A stretch of 53,130 bases of DNA, the filler included, from Jimgerdemannia flammicorona (lineage: Eukaryota), in the NCBI GenBank assembly GCA_003990765.1. It is 3 parts of 3 records of this genome, joined end to end, with 100 filler letters (N's around TTAATTAATTAA, not from the genome) between each part and the next. Parts side by side here need not be neighbours in the genome. Positions count along the whole stretch, not along the records: positions 17,747 to 35,389 come from RBNJ01002462.1; positions 35,490 to 53,130 come from RBNJ01002463.1; 1 more part is not named here. The stretch is one strand, 5' to 3'. Each line of letters begins with the position of its first letter. Position 1 is the stretch's first letter. Positions 23,362 to 36,637 of the stretch are shown piece after piece. A program made the translations under genes and the position numbers. Under the pieces are notes generated by a model. The model worked only from the letters and a program-made list of their open reading frames with translations, did not search any database and was not told where the DNA came from.

Positions 23362-24536
23362 TTTAATGGACTCAAAGTCCTGCAGATTTTTATTGGAAGG
23401 AAACCTATACAGTATAGACCAAAACCCTCCCCCACTACTCACCAAGCACTGCCCCTCTATTAATCTAGGCTAGCTATTGTTCAGCAGCTTGACCATGCCA
23501 GGTACAGCAGGGCCTATAGTGGCCTGTATCTCATTCTGCATATCATGCTCTCCCTACCACCAGGGAGAACTCAGCCTTATGCTAACAACTGAAAGCACAT
23601 GCCTGAAACTCTAACATATGTATAAGGCCATGTCTGAGCTGAATAGAATAGCTCCTGCCACTCCAAGAAGAATGACAGGTAAAGAAAAAACCCTCATCAA
23701 AATACATCATGGTGGATAGGGCCTGGTTCACTCAGATGAGATAAGTAAAGAACTTACATATGAGGTAGAAGGAGACCCCCAATACCCCACTACTCAAGCC
23801 TATGAGCCTTGATCATATTGCCATTTCAGCTCTCAGTTCTAGTTTAGTGTAGCTATGTTATCTGAAATAGATAGCCTCAGGCCCCTCAACTCTCTTCAAT
23901 GACAAGGGCCTAATCCCATATATCACCAAAAGAAGCCAAGAGTGATACCTACTACCTAACCACTCTACACCAATCAAAAGGCCCCACTGAAGCAGCACCT
24001 GCCCCAGCCCCAATGACTGCCCCCAGCATGGCACCCTACTGGATCACTGTTATTACTCTTCCTCCTATCTGTGACAGCCATCTTCCCTCCCTTCCTGATA
24101 ATATCTGAAAAACAGTCACCTATACCAGAACTGTGCTCACTGGGAAGTTTGCCAAAGCCAGAGGGCCCCACTACAGATACTGAGAACCTACAGATAACCT
24201 ACACTGAGCACTTGATGCCCAAGGTCAGCTAACTCTCTATATAACCCTTGATGTACCAAGACAATACCTAGTTGATGATGACAAAAGGAAGAAGGTACTG
24301 CACCAAAATAAGTATACTCCAGACATAGCTGAAGGCACCAGAAACTATAAAAAATTAGAGAAGACATTGATTGGACACTAATAAAAGAGTAACTCAACAC
24401 TATTGCCTCCCTCCCACTGCTCTGCAATAGGTACAGCAAACCAACCCAAAGTAGAGGGGGTAATAATTGTGAAAAGTGTGCTTGGAAGGTTGTCTACCAA
24501 ATCATTATAACTAGTAAGGTAGTGGAGAAAGAGGCA
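23330..24536 (-). mobile_element. 1.2-kb non-autonomous poly(A) retroposon, copy 1 (CpG-decayed)
   Basis: Poly(T) at 23330-23360, AATAAA upstream of the tail on the minus strand, 14-bp TSD CCAGCTGTTATTTG (23316-23329 and 24537-24550). Homologous to 35490-36636. Confidence 0.88.
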
Positions 24537-25829
24537 CCAGCTGTTATTTGAATTCCAACATGAGGGTGTTATATTTCATCTTGTATATATATAGTACTTT
24601 ACAAGATAGAAACTGCATGATGAAGAGACTGAGATGTGGATATAGGAGTATATAAACATATTTGAGGTTATTTCTATCACTGAAATTATATATCATATTT
24701 ACTTTATTCCTTTTTTTGTTTAGAAATCTGAAGCAGTGCAAAAGATACTCTTCAAGTTAATAGAGATGCTTGTGACTTTGATCATTTTCTTCTCTACCAC
24801 CATGGTAATCAATTTGTATTCTTCAATTTCAACTAAAAGAATTTGTAATTCCTTATATATTGTAATGTAATCTAGTATTTACCATCATATATATAGAATA
24901 TGGGTGGTGCTAGGCTTATAAGTATGTCATTTGGAAAAGCAGAGCATTTGGAGCATACTTCAAACTTGAACAGATCAGTCTGCATTTGGGCAAAGTTAGG
25001 GAATATGAGGTGGTGAAAAGTTCTCTATCTATGAAATTACTAAGACATGCATCATATTCTATTTTCTCATCTCCGTAAATATTAAGGGTAACAGAAATCA
25101 GACAATAGTCATTACTTTGTATGAGATTTTGGTTAATACATTGAAACTTAACTATTTTTTTAGAAATAAAGCCTCAAAGGTCGTTTTCTATTCTCTAAAA
25201 GGTTGTATGAATTATTCTACAGTTACTGATATCCAAACAACTGTAGAAGTTCCATTATAGCATGGGCTGGAGAATGGTAGCAATAGAATGAAGGACTAGA
25301 GGCAATGGTGATGATGGTTCTTTGATTTAATAAGAGATATCCAAATCAGAGATGTACATCATCAAGAAAGAAGATACAGGTGTAAAAGACCTAGTATAGA
25401 ACCTAGCATTGATACATTTATATATCTGAATACATTGTTCAGAGAGGCTGGACTTTCAAATATACATGACTATATCTAGATATATCTGGCCCTATCTGCA
25501 GCCAATTTAGATATCAGATATATGCAGATATAACTAGAGCAGATAAATTAGGTACAGATGATAGAAAATTTTTCACAATATAGCCATAACAATGAGAGCT
25601 CTCACCATAGACAAGGATGGCCAGTTCTTGCAAATGCACCAATAAGATAAAAAAAAAAAAGAGGCCCAAGATCTGTCAACTCTGTGTAAGCACAATTACA
25701 ATGTGGTAATATCTTTGAAATAAGGATTTTCCCATATAACCAGTACATACCCTACTTATAGTAATAGATCATATATTATACTAGAAAATGTGATCAAAAT
25801 GAAGTCACACCAAATAGGTAAACAAATAT

Positions 25830-26099
25830 AACATCTTTCTCTGGTAACATTCAGGTTACACAACCTTTTATTAGTACTCACAATACTGTTTTCAGAGAAA
25901 AACAACTAGCAGCATAGTAACCAATGAGTATTCCAAGATACATACTGGGCAGGGCAGACCTAGTGCATTCAACTGACAGTATGTGGGATGGGTCCTGGCT
26001 TAGGGAGAAGTATGAGAGGTCTGCTGGTGGGAGGATATAGAAGGGGAGAGAGCAGGGCTAGAGGGCAGGAGACAGGGAGGATAAGTTTTGCCAAGGACA
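25830..26099 (+). mobile_element. Older, decayed 5' fragment of the L1/Tx1-like LINE family
   Basis: acatctttctctggtaacattcaggttacacaaccttt...tactgggcagggcagacctagtgcattcaactgacag parallels 26100-26250. Confidence 0.7.
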
Positions 26100-26182
26100 A
26101 CATCTCTTTCCAGTACCACTCAGGTTACACAACCTTTGGAAGGCACTTTTGACATCATTTTCAGCAACAAGAGACTAACAAC

Positions 26183-28207
26183 ATGGCAACCAACAGGCAG
26201 CCTGGGGGGTGTACTGGGCAGGGCGGCCCAAGCGCTTTCGACTGGCAGCAGGTAGGGAGGGGTCCAGGACTGGCAGGAGGTATGAGGGGCCTGCTGGCGG
26301 GTGGACATGGAAGGGGTGGAGGAGGAGGTGGAGGATCAGGATCTGGGAGGGCAAGCTTTGTGGAGATAGTGAAGGGGAGACAGCAGGCATCGGGGCTGGA
26401 GGGCTGGCTGAGGAAGGGCAAGGAGACCGAGAAGGCGATGGTGCCGGGGGGGGCGGTCCTTGGAAGGGGGGGAGATGGGGCTGTAGGAGTAGTGGCTGGG
26501 GCAGGTGTGACTGCTGATGGTGTTTGGACTGTCAATCGGGAAAAAAATCCAGATGTGATGGCTTATGGTGAGGCTGAGCAGCTGAGGCTTAGGAGACAAG
26601 GGGACTTGGCAGATGGAGTAACGGGTCTGGCAGTGGCCCCGTTACTCAAGAAATTGATTTCGGCATTGGTGGTCACACTATGCTTCCGGGGCCTGGTGGT
26701 GATGGCAAAAATGGTGCTGGGGCTCATCGCTAAGCAGGTGGCAGGTGCAGCATCTGTGAAGTTTTTGAAGGGACTGGAAGGAGTGGAGGTGGGTTTTGAG
26801 GAGGTAGCACCACTGGAGGAGGCGCTGAAGGTTGGATTGGTGGTTGGGGAGGTATGTGTTCTGATGGTGTGGTGCCTGAAGTGGGACCCCAGGGTGGTCC
26901 AACTGCTAGTGAAGGGAGTGCCGATGGTGACAGCAATGGAGACAAGGAAGAGAGTTGAGGATTTCATGGCGGAATATGGCGAGGTGGTAGATATCAGGTT
27001 CAGGGTCTGGGAAGGGACCTTGCTCAGGACTGGTGACGTGGATGTGAGGATTAGGCTGGCTGGGAAGAAAGCCACTGGGAAGGCAAGGGATTGGCCTTCG
27101 GCTATGGTCTGGGGAGCGATCCTGTGTAAGGTGACAAGGGTGAAGGGGAGTGAGGAGGAGGAGGAGGATTTACTGGAAGTGCTCGAGGAGCTGGGGGGTG
27201 CTGTGGAGAGGCAAGCAAAGGCTTGGGAGGCTTTTGAAGAGACGAGACACTTGGAGGTGGTGGATGGAAAGCAGATTCGAGTGACTAAGGAGCAGTGGGA
27301 AAGGGCTCAGGGGCGTAAGAGGCAGAAGGAGTTGCTGGCCAAGATGGGTAGCGGACCACTGGGGGAGGTAAGCAAGGTGAAGGGCACAGGGGGAACTGGA
27401 GCGAGTGTCTGGGCCGGCAAGGGGGAGGGGAAGGACAAGAAGGAAGTGGGGGAGGACAAGAAGAGGGCTGAGAAGGACCTGAATGCAGATGGTACACTGG
27501 AGGTGTGGGAGGAGGACTGGGTGGGCTCCCCTACCCCTACCCCTCTCATCAGGTGTGGCCCGGCTTCCTGGAATAGGGTGGTGGAAGATGTGCCAATGTG
27601 AGGGGCCCAGAGGGTGCAATTTGGAGTTCCAGAGGTGGCATATGGGGGACAGGTGGAGGCAGATGGCGAGGAGGAACTGGTGGATGTCCCGGAAGTATGG
27701 GATGAGTCTGCAAGTGCTGGAGCTAACACCACAATGTTGGATGGAGGGAGGCCAGCGACTCCAGGGGGGAAAGAGGTGGGGAACTTGCTTTGGATGTTCC
27801 AGATGATGAATAATCAGGTGGCAGAAGAGTTGGGGGAAGTGGACTTGCGAGTGATGAGTGATGAGCATTGGGCAGGAATACTGCAGGGGGATGGCGTAAT
27901 GAAGGTATTGAAGGTGGAAATTCTTGCGGTGTACCTGGAGGAGGAGGGATATGAGGTGGATAAGGAGAGGGAGGAGGAGATGGCGGTTGTTGCTGGAGAA
28001 AGGGCTGAATACTACTGGAACAAGTGACATGGACTACAGCTCTGGCAGGAAGCGTATATCGAATACCGAGAGGAGTTTGAGGAGAAGGCCGATGGCGAGA
28101 TGAATGAACTGCTGGCTGGATTGGAGGCTCAGAGGGCTGAAGAGGAGGAGGTGGCTGCGGAACATAATTTGGACAGGGCGCAGGAGGAGATGAGCATGGA
28201 GCAGTAG
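26183..28207 (+). pseudogene. LINE ORF1 (Gly-rich N-terminus, RRM-like core, acidic/coiled-coil C-terminus)
   Basis: A 472-aa open stretch with LVKGVP...EYGEVVDIRF..EGTLLRTGDVDVRIRL, typical of L1/Tx1 ORF1, continuing in frame through stops at 27601 and 28027. Confidence 0.75.
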
Positions 28208-28240
28208 AGGAAGATTGACATCATCACATATATCATCAAT

Positions 28241-31200
28241 ATGAACAGTACAACCAACATTTTCTCTTTGAATGTGAATGGGTTATGGGGCGCTTCTCGA
28301 CATAGGAACATTTTTACTTGGATGAAGGGATTGGAGGCCGATCTCTTCCTCTTACAGGATGTCCGGTGCGAAGATGACTCTGATAGGTTAGAATGGACGA
28401 AGGAATGGGGAGGTGTGGCGATTTGGAAGGGCAAGGTTGGGATTTTGGTTAGGAAAGGCAGAGGGGAGATACAGAATGTGCAGTGCTGGGGGGAGAGACT
28501 GGTCTGGGGAGAGTGGATTTGGGCAGGCTGGGAGCCAGTTACAGTTGGTTCCTGCTACTGCCCTGCGGTACGGGGTGAGAGGGTTGATTGGGTGAAAGGC
28601 TTATAGGAGAGTGGATTACTTGCGGAGGCTGGGGTGGATGTGCTAGGGGGAGATTTCAATATGGTTAGGGATATACTGCTGGATAGATCAGATGGAGGAT
28701 GAGGTGCTGAGAGCAGGAGTGGAGGGATAGTGGCATGGGAGGATGTAGAGAGGTTAAGTGTGCTATTGGATGCTGGAAGGGAGTGCTGGGGGAGTAGGAG
28801 GGTCTATACACATTGGGCAGGGGGTCTGGGGACTCGAATCGACTGGATTTTGACAGCCTGCTGCTGGGGACTAGATGTTTGGAAATCATTGGAGGTGGAA
28901 TGGTGTCTATGGTCGGATCACTGGGGGCTTTTGGGACAGGGGTGCTTTGGGGGAAGTGGGGATGGGCCTGGACATTGGTGCCTCAATTCCTCTTTGTTAG
29001 ATGATAAGACCTGGTGGGATGAGTGGGCTAAAGACATTCAGCTGAAGGTGGAGAATTGGAGGCAGGAAGGGGCTGCAGTTGGGACTCGGTGGATGAGGAT
29101 GAAGGAAATGGCCAGGATTTACTGAAAGGAGGCTGGCAAGGAGGCAGGGAAATGGCGAAAACAAAGAGTGTGCTGGGCCTCTGCTAGATTGACAAGGCTC
29201 CTGGAGGAGTGGGCAAGGCTGGTGATGTTGGAGGGGGAAGAAGATTGGAGATTAATGAGGGCGAAAATGGAGGTTGGGGAACTTCAACAGGTGCTGCAGG
29301 AGGAGGAAGAGGCAAGGGTCCAGAGTTTGGCAGCATGGCTTCATTGGCAGGATCTGGAGGAAGGAGAGAGGCCTTCCAAGCTTCTTACAAGGGCCCTTTG
29401 GGTGAGGCGGGTCCAGCAATGGTGGGAAGGGGTATTGGACTCTGAGGGTGTACTGGTGCATGGTGTACAGGACATTTTTGGATCACTGAAGGAGAGATGG
29501 AGTGGATTGTGGAGTGAGGAGAAGGGTGGGGCAGATGCCGCTACAATTGAACGAACATTGGAGGATTGGCACCCACCACAAGTTGAAGGGCTAGGGGACC
29601 TAGTGATGCCTGTACAGGAGGATGAGATCCACTAGGTTCTTGCCACGACAATGTCCGGTACAGCACCTGGGGAGGATGGGCTGCCCTGGGACTTTTGGAA
29701 GCGAATGGTTGAAGTCCCAGGGGTGATGGGAGAGATGACAGTGTTGTGTGACCTTATTCTACAGACAGGAAGATGGGTGGGGGAGCAGGACCTTGGGCTG
29801 GTGATACTGCTCTACAAAAACAAAGGAAGGCAGGAGGATTGGAAGAACTGGCAGCCAATAATGCTGCTAGATATGGACAGAAAGTTGGTAACTAAGGTGG
29901 TGGTGGTGAAACTACAGAAGGTGGCCCAGCAAGTTGTGGGTGTTGAGCAGAGGGGATTTGTAGGTGGTCGGCTCATCAGGGATGGCACTGCCTGGGTGCA
30001 TGGCATCATCGAAGGGGTGAGGACATGTGGACTGGATGGGTGTCTAGTTTTCTTGGACCAGGAGAAGGCTTATGACCAGGTGCAGAGAGTCTGGCTGGAG
30101 AAAGTCTTGGATAGAATGGGGGTACTGCATCAATTCCAGTCAATGATGGTCAGCCTACTGGAAGGGAGTAGGGCTGCACTCATGTGTAATGGACATAGAG
30201 AGGTAGTATTCCCCTTGGGAAGGGGAGTGCCCCAGGGGGATCCATTGTCCCCCATTTTGTATGCTCTTTCTCTGGAACCACTTATGGACCGAATTAGGCA
30301 GAGGATAGTGGGGCTCTCTGTCTTTGGCATAGGATGGAAGGTTGGGGCCTTTACTGATGACATGGTGGTGGGCTTGGGTTTGATTGCTGATGTTGAGAAG
30401 CTCAAGAGGACTGTGGAGTGGTATGAGGAGCATTCTGGAGCTAAGCTGAATTGGCATAAGTGTGAGACGATGGTACTTGGTAATGGCCTGGTGGGAGGGG
30501 AGGTTATAGGAACAATTGTCCCCACCGGTGAAGCAGTGCAGTACTTAGGTATCTACTTGTCAGTCTATGGGTCAGTTCTGCCCAAGCTTTGGTGAGAGCA
30601 GAGGATTGGAATCTGGGAGGAGGCTCTGCGAAGTTGGGGGGGAAGACATTTTTCTCTGACAGGGCAGGTCTCGATTTTGAATGTCTACTGGCTGCCAAAG
30701 TTGTGGTACCTGGCATATCATCTGGACTTCCCAGCCTGGGTAGTGAAGAGATTGATGAAGTCAGCGAAGGGATGGATTTGGGCTGGCAGGCAGAGTCAGA
30801 TTAGTTGGGAGACCTTGTCCCTACCAGTGGCAAGAGGTGGTCTTGGGCTGGTTGACTTCCCAAAATGGTTACACTGCTTGAGAGCATAGTGGCTGAAGAG
30901 GGTGGTGGAGTTGAGAGGAGGTGGATGGGTTCCTCTGTTACAGAAGTTATGGGAGAGGTGGGCATCACCGAGGGGCTCAACTGGTGATCTCCTCTCCTTG
31001 GTTGGGCTTCAGAACACTGCCCAACTACAATATAAAGGATTTTGGTGGGGAATTGCAGAAGGAGTGCACCGCATTGGTATTCACTGGTAGGGGAATGAAG
31101 GTGAGGAGGATTGGGACCCAGCAATGTGGAGATGGGACTGTATACTGCTGAGTGGTGCTCCTTTAGTTGAGTTCGACATTGGTGATGGAATGGAATGCCA

Positions 31201-31897
31201 AAGGGGACCAGGCCAGGATCTGTGGCCTAGCAGTTGGCAAGGAGTTGAAATTGGCAAAGAGTGGAACTGGCATAGTGTTTGGACCTGGAGCACTGCAGTG
31301 AGAGTATGGCTGCCACCAAAGTACTGGGTGGTCTGGTGGTGCATGCTGTGGAGGAACATTATGCTCAATTTTTGCTCAGGGCACCTGGTTGTAGGGGGTT
31401 GCTTCGACTGTGAGGAGTGCCATAATGTAGGGCAGGAGGGGGGATACGTACAGATGCCAGAACATTGGCTAGGAGAGTGTGAGGTGTTGGGGGATTTTTG
31501 GCAGACAATTGGAGATCGCTTAGGGGTATAGGGTAGGAGTGATGGAGTATGGGGGCAATGGGAGGACTTGAGGGTTAGATTGGTAGGGGGGATAGGGAAG
31601 GAGTGGCTTACTTTAGGTTAGGCTTTGGCAATTTGGGTGGGGCTGGCCAGTCATTGGCTATTTGTTTTTGAGGATGGGAGGAGGCAGAGCTTGGGGGACT
31701 GGTTGCTGTGATGGCATAGACTTATGGAAGATACCTTAACAGGCTGGTGGCTGGGTTGGGGGATGCAGGGTGGTCGGAGGCGCTGCTTGGTAGAGAAAAT
31801 CTGTGGGCAGAGTGGGGGGAGAGTGGAGATAGTTGGTGAAAGGGTGATTTTTATTCATGAGGAAGTAGGGAGGGGCCCCCCTGTAGGGATTGGATAG
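28241..31897 (+). pseudogene. LINE ORF2: APE endonuclease + reverse transcriptase + C-terminal Cys/His motif
   Basis: APE: SLNVNGL, FLLQDV, GGDFN, RIDWIL, WSDH. RT: APGEDGLP..FWK, WQPIMLLDMDRKL, EQRGFVGGRLI, LDQEKAYDQV, GVPQGDPLSPILY, AFTDD. C-terminus: CFDC..PEHWLGEC. Stops and frameshifts present. Confidence 0.93.
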
Positions 31898-31956
31898 TGG
31901 GTCAGAGTGATGTATATTTATTCATAGACTGGTAATAAAGGCGGAGTCCAAGTGAC

Positions 31957-32006
<50 letters not shown>

Positions 32007-32007
<1 letters not shown>

Positions 32008-34325
32008 CAGTATATGAAGCCATGATCCACTTGCTTATTGAGAGGTATGCAGGAAATGAGATCTACCATAAAGCTCAAGAATCTATTATAGAAATGAAGA
32101 TGAATCTTAGAGAATCACTCAGAGCATTCTTTACAAAAATTCAAAAAAGAATACATATAGCTGGGTTTAATGCTACCAATCAAGACATCATAGGTTCAAT
32201 GATCTTCATGAATGAGTTTCCCCTGAACATCACTCAGTATATCCACACCCTAGGCATCAGAAGGTCTGAAGAGTAAGTAGATACAGCCTAAGGATTTTTT
32301 GATATCAGATAAAAAACTACCTGGAGTGACTATAATAAAAAGAATGATAAAGAAGACATTCTGGTCAAAGCTCTGCAAGAACTTCTTCAAGAACAGAAAA
32401 GATCTGAAGAGAGAAAACCAGCCAAAGAACAGAAATAAAAATCAAGATCTCAGTTTCAAGTTGGACTAATTGGTCAGGCAGATTGAAAAACTCACCATAT
32501 GTGAAAATCAAAGCTACTCACAAAACAACAGAGGATATATACCACAAAGGAACCAAGGATACCCACCCAGAGATAATAGGAGCTACTAGCAAGAGAAAAG
32601 AAGATACTCTACCTGAGACAGAGCTCAAGTTCAATGCTTTTACTGTGGACAATTCAGATACTATATTACTGAATATGATAACAAAAGAAATAACTGAAGA
32701 GACTCAGAACTACCAAATCGAAGAAATGAAATCCAGTACAAGAAGACTGAAGTCCATCCTGTCAAGACTTTGAAGAAGAAAGCAACAGTAAAGACTACAG
32801 AGACCTAGACTTATACTCAGTCAAAGTTATCACCAAAAATATAGTTTATCTAGCAGAAAAAAGGAAGAGACTCATAGGAAGACCATTCAGAAATACCAGC
32901 AGAAGAATTTAAGAAAAAGATGAAGAACTTGAAGAAGAGTAAGTAGAAATACCTCTCTGGTCTTCCTCACCTTTTGTTTCCAAAACAAATAAACTACCTT
33001 TAGCGAATGAAGAAATAGAGCAAGAAGAACAAGAGCCTACTGCCCCAAAGCTCAAGAAGAAGTATACTCTGAAGACTATATCCAGAGACATCTATAATGA
33101 AGTCTGGTAAAAGATTCAAGAAGTCAAGATAGAAGTCTCTCTTCTGCAGTTTCTGCAACTGATATCTGCTGGAGTTCGAAACAAACTGTTGAGAACTACT
33201 AGGTCTAGTACTGGCTGAGTCCCAATTCCACAGCAAGAATTAGCTCCCACCTCTATTCAAGCTATAGAGAGATATATCAGCACTTATCTATATGGAGATA
33301 TTGGAGGACAAAAGGCAAAAATCCTCATTGATACAGAAGCAGCTGTTTGTATTATTGCCAAACAATTTCTGGACACCCTCCAATGGCCTATTAATGAACT
33401 ATCCAATCTTAGCATTATAGTATAGCAGAGCCCAAACTCAACCTCTTGGCAAAGTATGAAACATCACTATCTCTCTAGGACACATTCAGTTATCTATTCC
33501 AAAAGCTATTGTTACTAAGACTATCACCTATGATATGATCCTTAGCACCAACTGAATGAAGGAAATAAATACAGTTGTTGATATCAGTCAATAAGTACTC
33601 AAGTTCAATTATTGAGGCAAAAAGTATAGAGTTAAGTTAACTAGCTATGAGTAATTAAATAAGAAGAAGAAGATCACTATTTAGGAAGAATATGTCAGCA
33701 GTGAAGAGTCTACCACAGAAGAGGAAGAGGAATCTGAAGATAGAAATAATCCTATGCTTAATCCCTGAATCAATCTAGTAGATGATAGACTAGAAGATAA
33801 TGTATGAGCTAGGAATACTATCTCTATCACAATTGGAGCTATTGCAGAACAGATTAAAGAGTGCCCCACTTATCTCAAAAGACACAAGTTCTCCAAGCAC
33901 TCCTCAAACATTGGAATAAGAAATTCACCTAGTATAGCCTACTCTAAGTACAGAAAAAGAAAGAAGAAATGCAGACATATTCCAAAGACACCTATAGCCA
34001 AAGCTACAGAAGTATAAGTGATTTGGGGTCAAGAATTATCTGAGGAAGAAGAAACCCCTAAGTAAGAGATTCCTGAACAAGAAGTATCTGAGGAGGAAGA
34101 GCCCCCTGAATTCATTTCCTGAGATGACTCTCACTGGATACAACTAGAAGATAATGACTTCTGAAATATCAAAAAAGGACCCAGTATAATTCCCATTGTT
34201 CCCAAGCAAGAAATACACCAGAAAAGAGCCTTTTAGCTAGAAAGATATCTACATCAAATAGTCTTCCACTCTTCCTGAGACTACTGCTATTAATATTAGC
34301 TACTTGCCTAATAAGAAAGATATAG
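32007..34325 (+). mobile_element. Ty3/Gypsy copy C fragment (mid-Gag to Cys/His-rich insert), heavily mutated
   Basis: Colinear with copy A about 13150-15480 (HLLIERYAGNEIYHKAQES; KILIDTEAAV; EEESEDRNNP). Confidence 0.9.
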
Positions 34326-35389
34326 GCATGAAGAAGAAAGTCAGAATGATAAGCATTGCAATAGTGGTAGAAAAGGTTATGATAATAACAGAGAGCATGA
34401 TGACCACCACCATTGTGATGGCAAGTTCCACTACAGCATTCCTCTGAGGAAGTACCTTAATGATATTACTATTGAGATATGTAGTGCTCAACTTCTTTAA
34501 ATATATCAAATTGGGTGATGCTGATTTTACTTCTGGTAGGCCCTGTAGTTATGATGTATATATTGAATAGAATCATATTTATATAAAATTCTACTAAATC
34601 TCTCTCTTTATGAATAGGTGCATTATTGATAAAAAGTCTAAATTACTTGAGGAATTATTCAGAAACCATTATAATGAGTTCAGAAGCAATGATGATAAAT
34701 GTGACCATGATGAGATCAAGTACCAGAAGTGAGGCAGTATATAAGATAAGCTGATAAGAAAACTGGACTTTGCTTTAAGCTAGATAATAATAATAAAAAA
34801 AACTCCATAATTCTATAATAGAATATCAAAAACAGTACAAAATAAATAAACTAATAAAAACAATGATATATATATTTCAATTAGAGTTATGTAGTGATTG
34901 TTTCAAGTTACACCTCAGTCAAACAATATATTACCAAAAAAACTATAAAAGAATTTGAATTTTATATATTTTAATTTTAAGAGATATAAGTTTCTCACAA
35001 CTTCTACACTCTTTAACTACAAACTCTCTCCCAATTGAGTAAGTACTGCAATACTACAAGTATATTTATATATTAATATATACTTGTTTTTATATTATAA
35101 TGTAAAATATTTAAGAAACTATTCTTGTCTTTTTTTCTCATAGGTTGCAGTGATGGCAGTAATAGTAGTAGTATAAATGATTAAGACTATCTGGACTTTA
35201 GGAGTGAATATTGAAAATAAGCATAGTAATGAACACTGTAGTGCTTTTGGTAGATATATTCTATATTATATAGATTATAATACTTAATACCTTAAGGATG
35301 AAACTATATCTTTTCAATCAATTGTATCTCTAAAATTAAACAAATAATATCTCTACAAACCTGCTGTATAATAAGTAAGAAATTTGGTG

Positions 35390-35489
35390 NNNNNNNNNNN
35401 NNNNNNNNNNNNNNNNNNNNNNNNNNNNNNNNNTTAATTAATTAANNNNNNNNNNNNNNNNNNNNNNNNNNNNNNNNNNNNNNNNNNNN
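35390..35489. other. Assembly gap with six-frame-stop linker
   Basis: N44 + TTAATTAATTAA (35434-35445) + N44. Confidence 0.97.
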
Positions 35490-36636
35490 ATTTTTATTGG
35501 AAGAGAACCTAGACTATATAGGCCAAAACCCTCCCCCACCACCCACCAAGCACTGCCCCCCCATTAACCTAGGCTAGCTATTGTCCAGCAGCTTGACCAT
35601 ACCAGGTGCAGTAGGGCTGATAAGCCCACACCTCATTCTGCACACCATGCTCTCCCTACCACCAGGGGAAACCCAACCATACGCCAACGACCGAAAGCAT
35701 ATGCCTGAGAACCCAACGTATGTACAAGGCCACACCCGAGCCAAATAAAATAGCCCCTGCCACCCCAAAGAGAATGACAGGCAAAGAAAAAACCCTCATC
35801 AAAGCACAACACGGTGGGTAGGACCTGGTTCTCCCAGTCGAGGTGAGTAAAGGACTTACAAGTGAGGCAGGAGGAAACCCCCAATACCCCACTACTCAAG
35901 CCTGCGGGCCTCGATCACGTTGCCGTGTCAGCTCCCGGTTCCAGTTGAGTGCAGCCAAGACGCCTGAAATGGGTAGCCTCGGGCCCCCTGACCCCTCCTG
36001 ATGACTGGGGCCTCACCCCGCTACCTGCCAAAAGAAGCCGAGAGTGACACCTACTACCTAACTGTGCCGCACCAATCAAAAGACCCCACCGAAGCAGCAC
36101 CTGCCCCAGCCCCGATGACCACCCCCAGCCTGGCACCCTACTGGTTCACTGTAATCGCCCTTCTGCCTATCTGTAACGGCCATCTCCCCTCCCATCCTGA
36201 CAACACCCGAAAAGCAGTCACCTACGCCAGAACCGCGCTCGCCGGGAAGCTCGCCAAAGCCAGAAGGCCCCACCACAGGCACCGAGAACCTGCAGGTAAC
36301 CTACACTGAGCACTTGATGCCCAAGGTCGGCCAACTCCCTATGTAGCCCGAGACATACCGAGACAACTCCTTGTTGGCGACGGCAAAAGGAAGAAGGTGC
36401 CGCACCAAAATGGGTGCACCCCAGATGCAGCTGAAGGCACCAGAATCCGCGAAAAAGTGGAAGAAGCACCGATCCGACACCGATAAAGGGGCAACTCAGC
36501 ACCATTGCCCTCCTCCCACCATATCCCTACAGGCACAGCAAACCAACCCGAGGTAGAGGGGGTAATATTAGGGGAAAGGGGACTCAGAAGGTTGCCTACC
36601 AAACCTTGTGACCGGTAAGGTAGTGGAGAAAGGAGC
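35490..36636 (-). mobile_element. 1.2-kb non-autonomous retroposon, copy 2 (CpG-retaining; tail lost in the gap)
   Basis: Colinear with 23385-24536, with the same 5' terminus (GTAAGGTAGTGGAGAAAG on the plus strand). Confidence 0.88.
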
Positions 36637-36637
36637 C

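Larger units (their letters stand above)
26100..32006 (+). mobile_element. Full-length L1/Tx1-like non-LTR retrotransposon (LINE), mutated
   Basis: Short 5' UTR, ORF1, ORF2 (APE-RT-Cys motif), AATAAA near 31934, poly(A) at 31960-32006. Confidence 0.93.

Noticed and set aside
26161..28030. Long Pro/Ser-rich minus-strand ORFs
   Set aside because: Antisense shadows of the G-rich LINE ORF1.
34326..35389. AT-rich segment with a hydrophobic 69-aa ORF
   Set aside because: Low complexity with no motif or repeat partner; a call cannot be supported.
35633..35899. CLTCKS as a LINE ORF2 C-terminal zinc knuckle
   Set aside because: The spacing to H/C and the flanking sequence do not fit, the frame is short, and there is no RT homology upstream.
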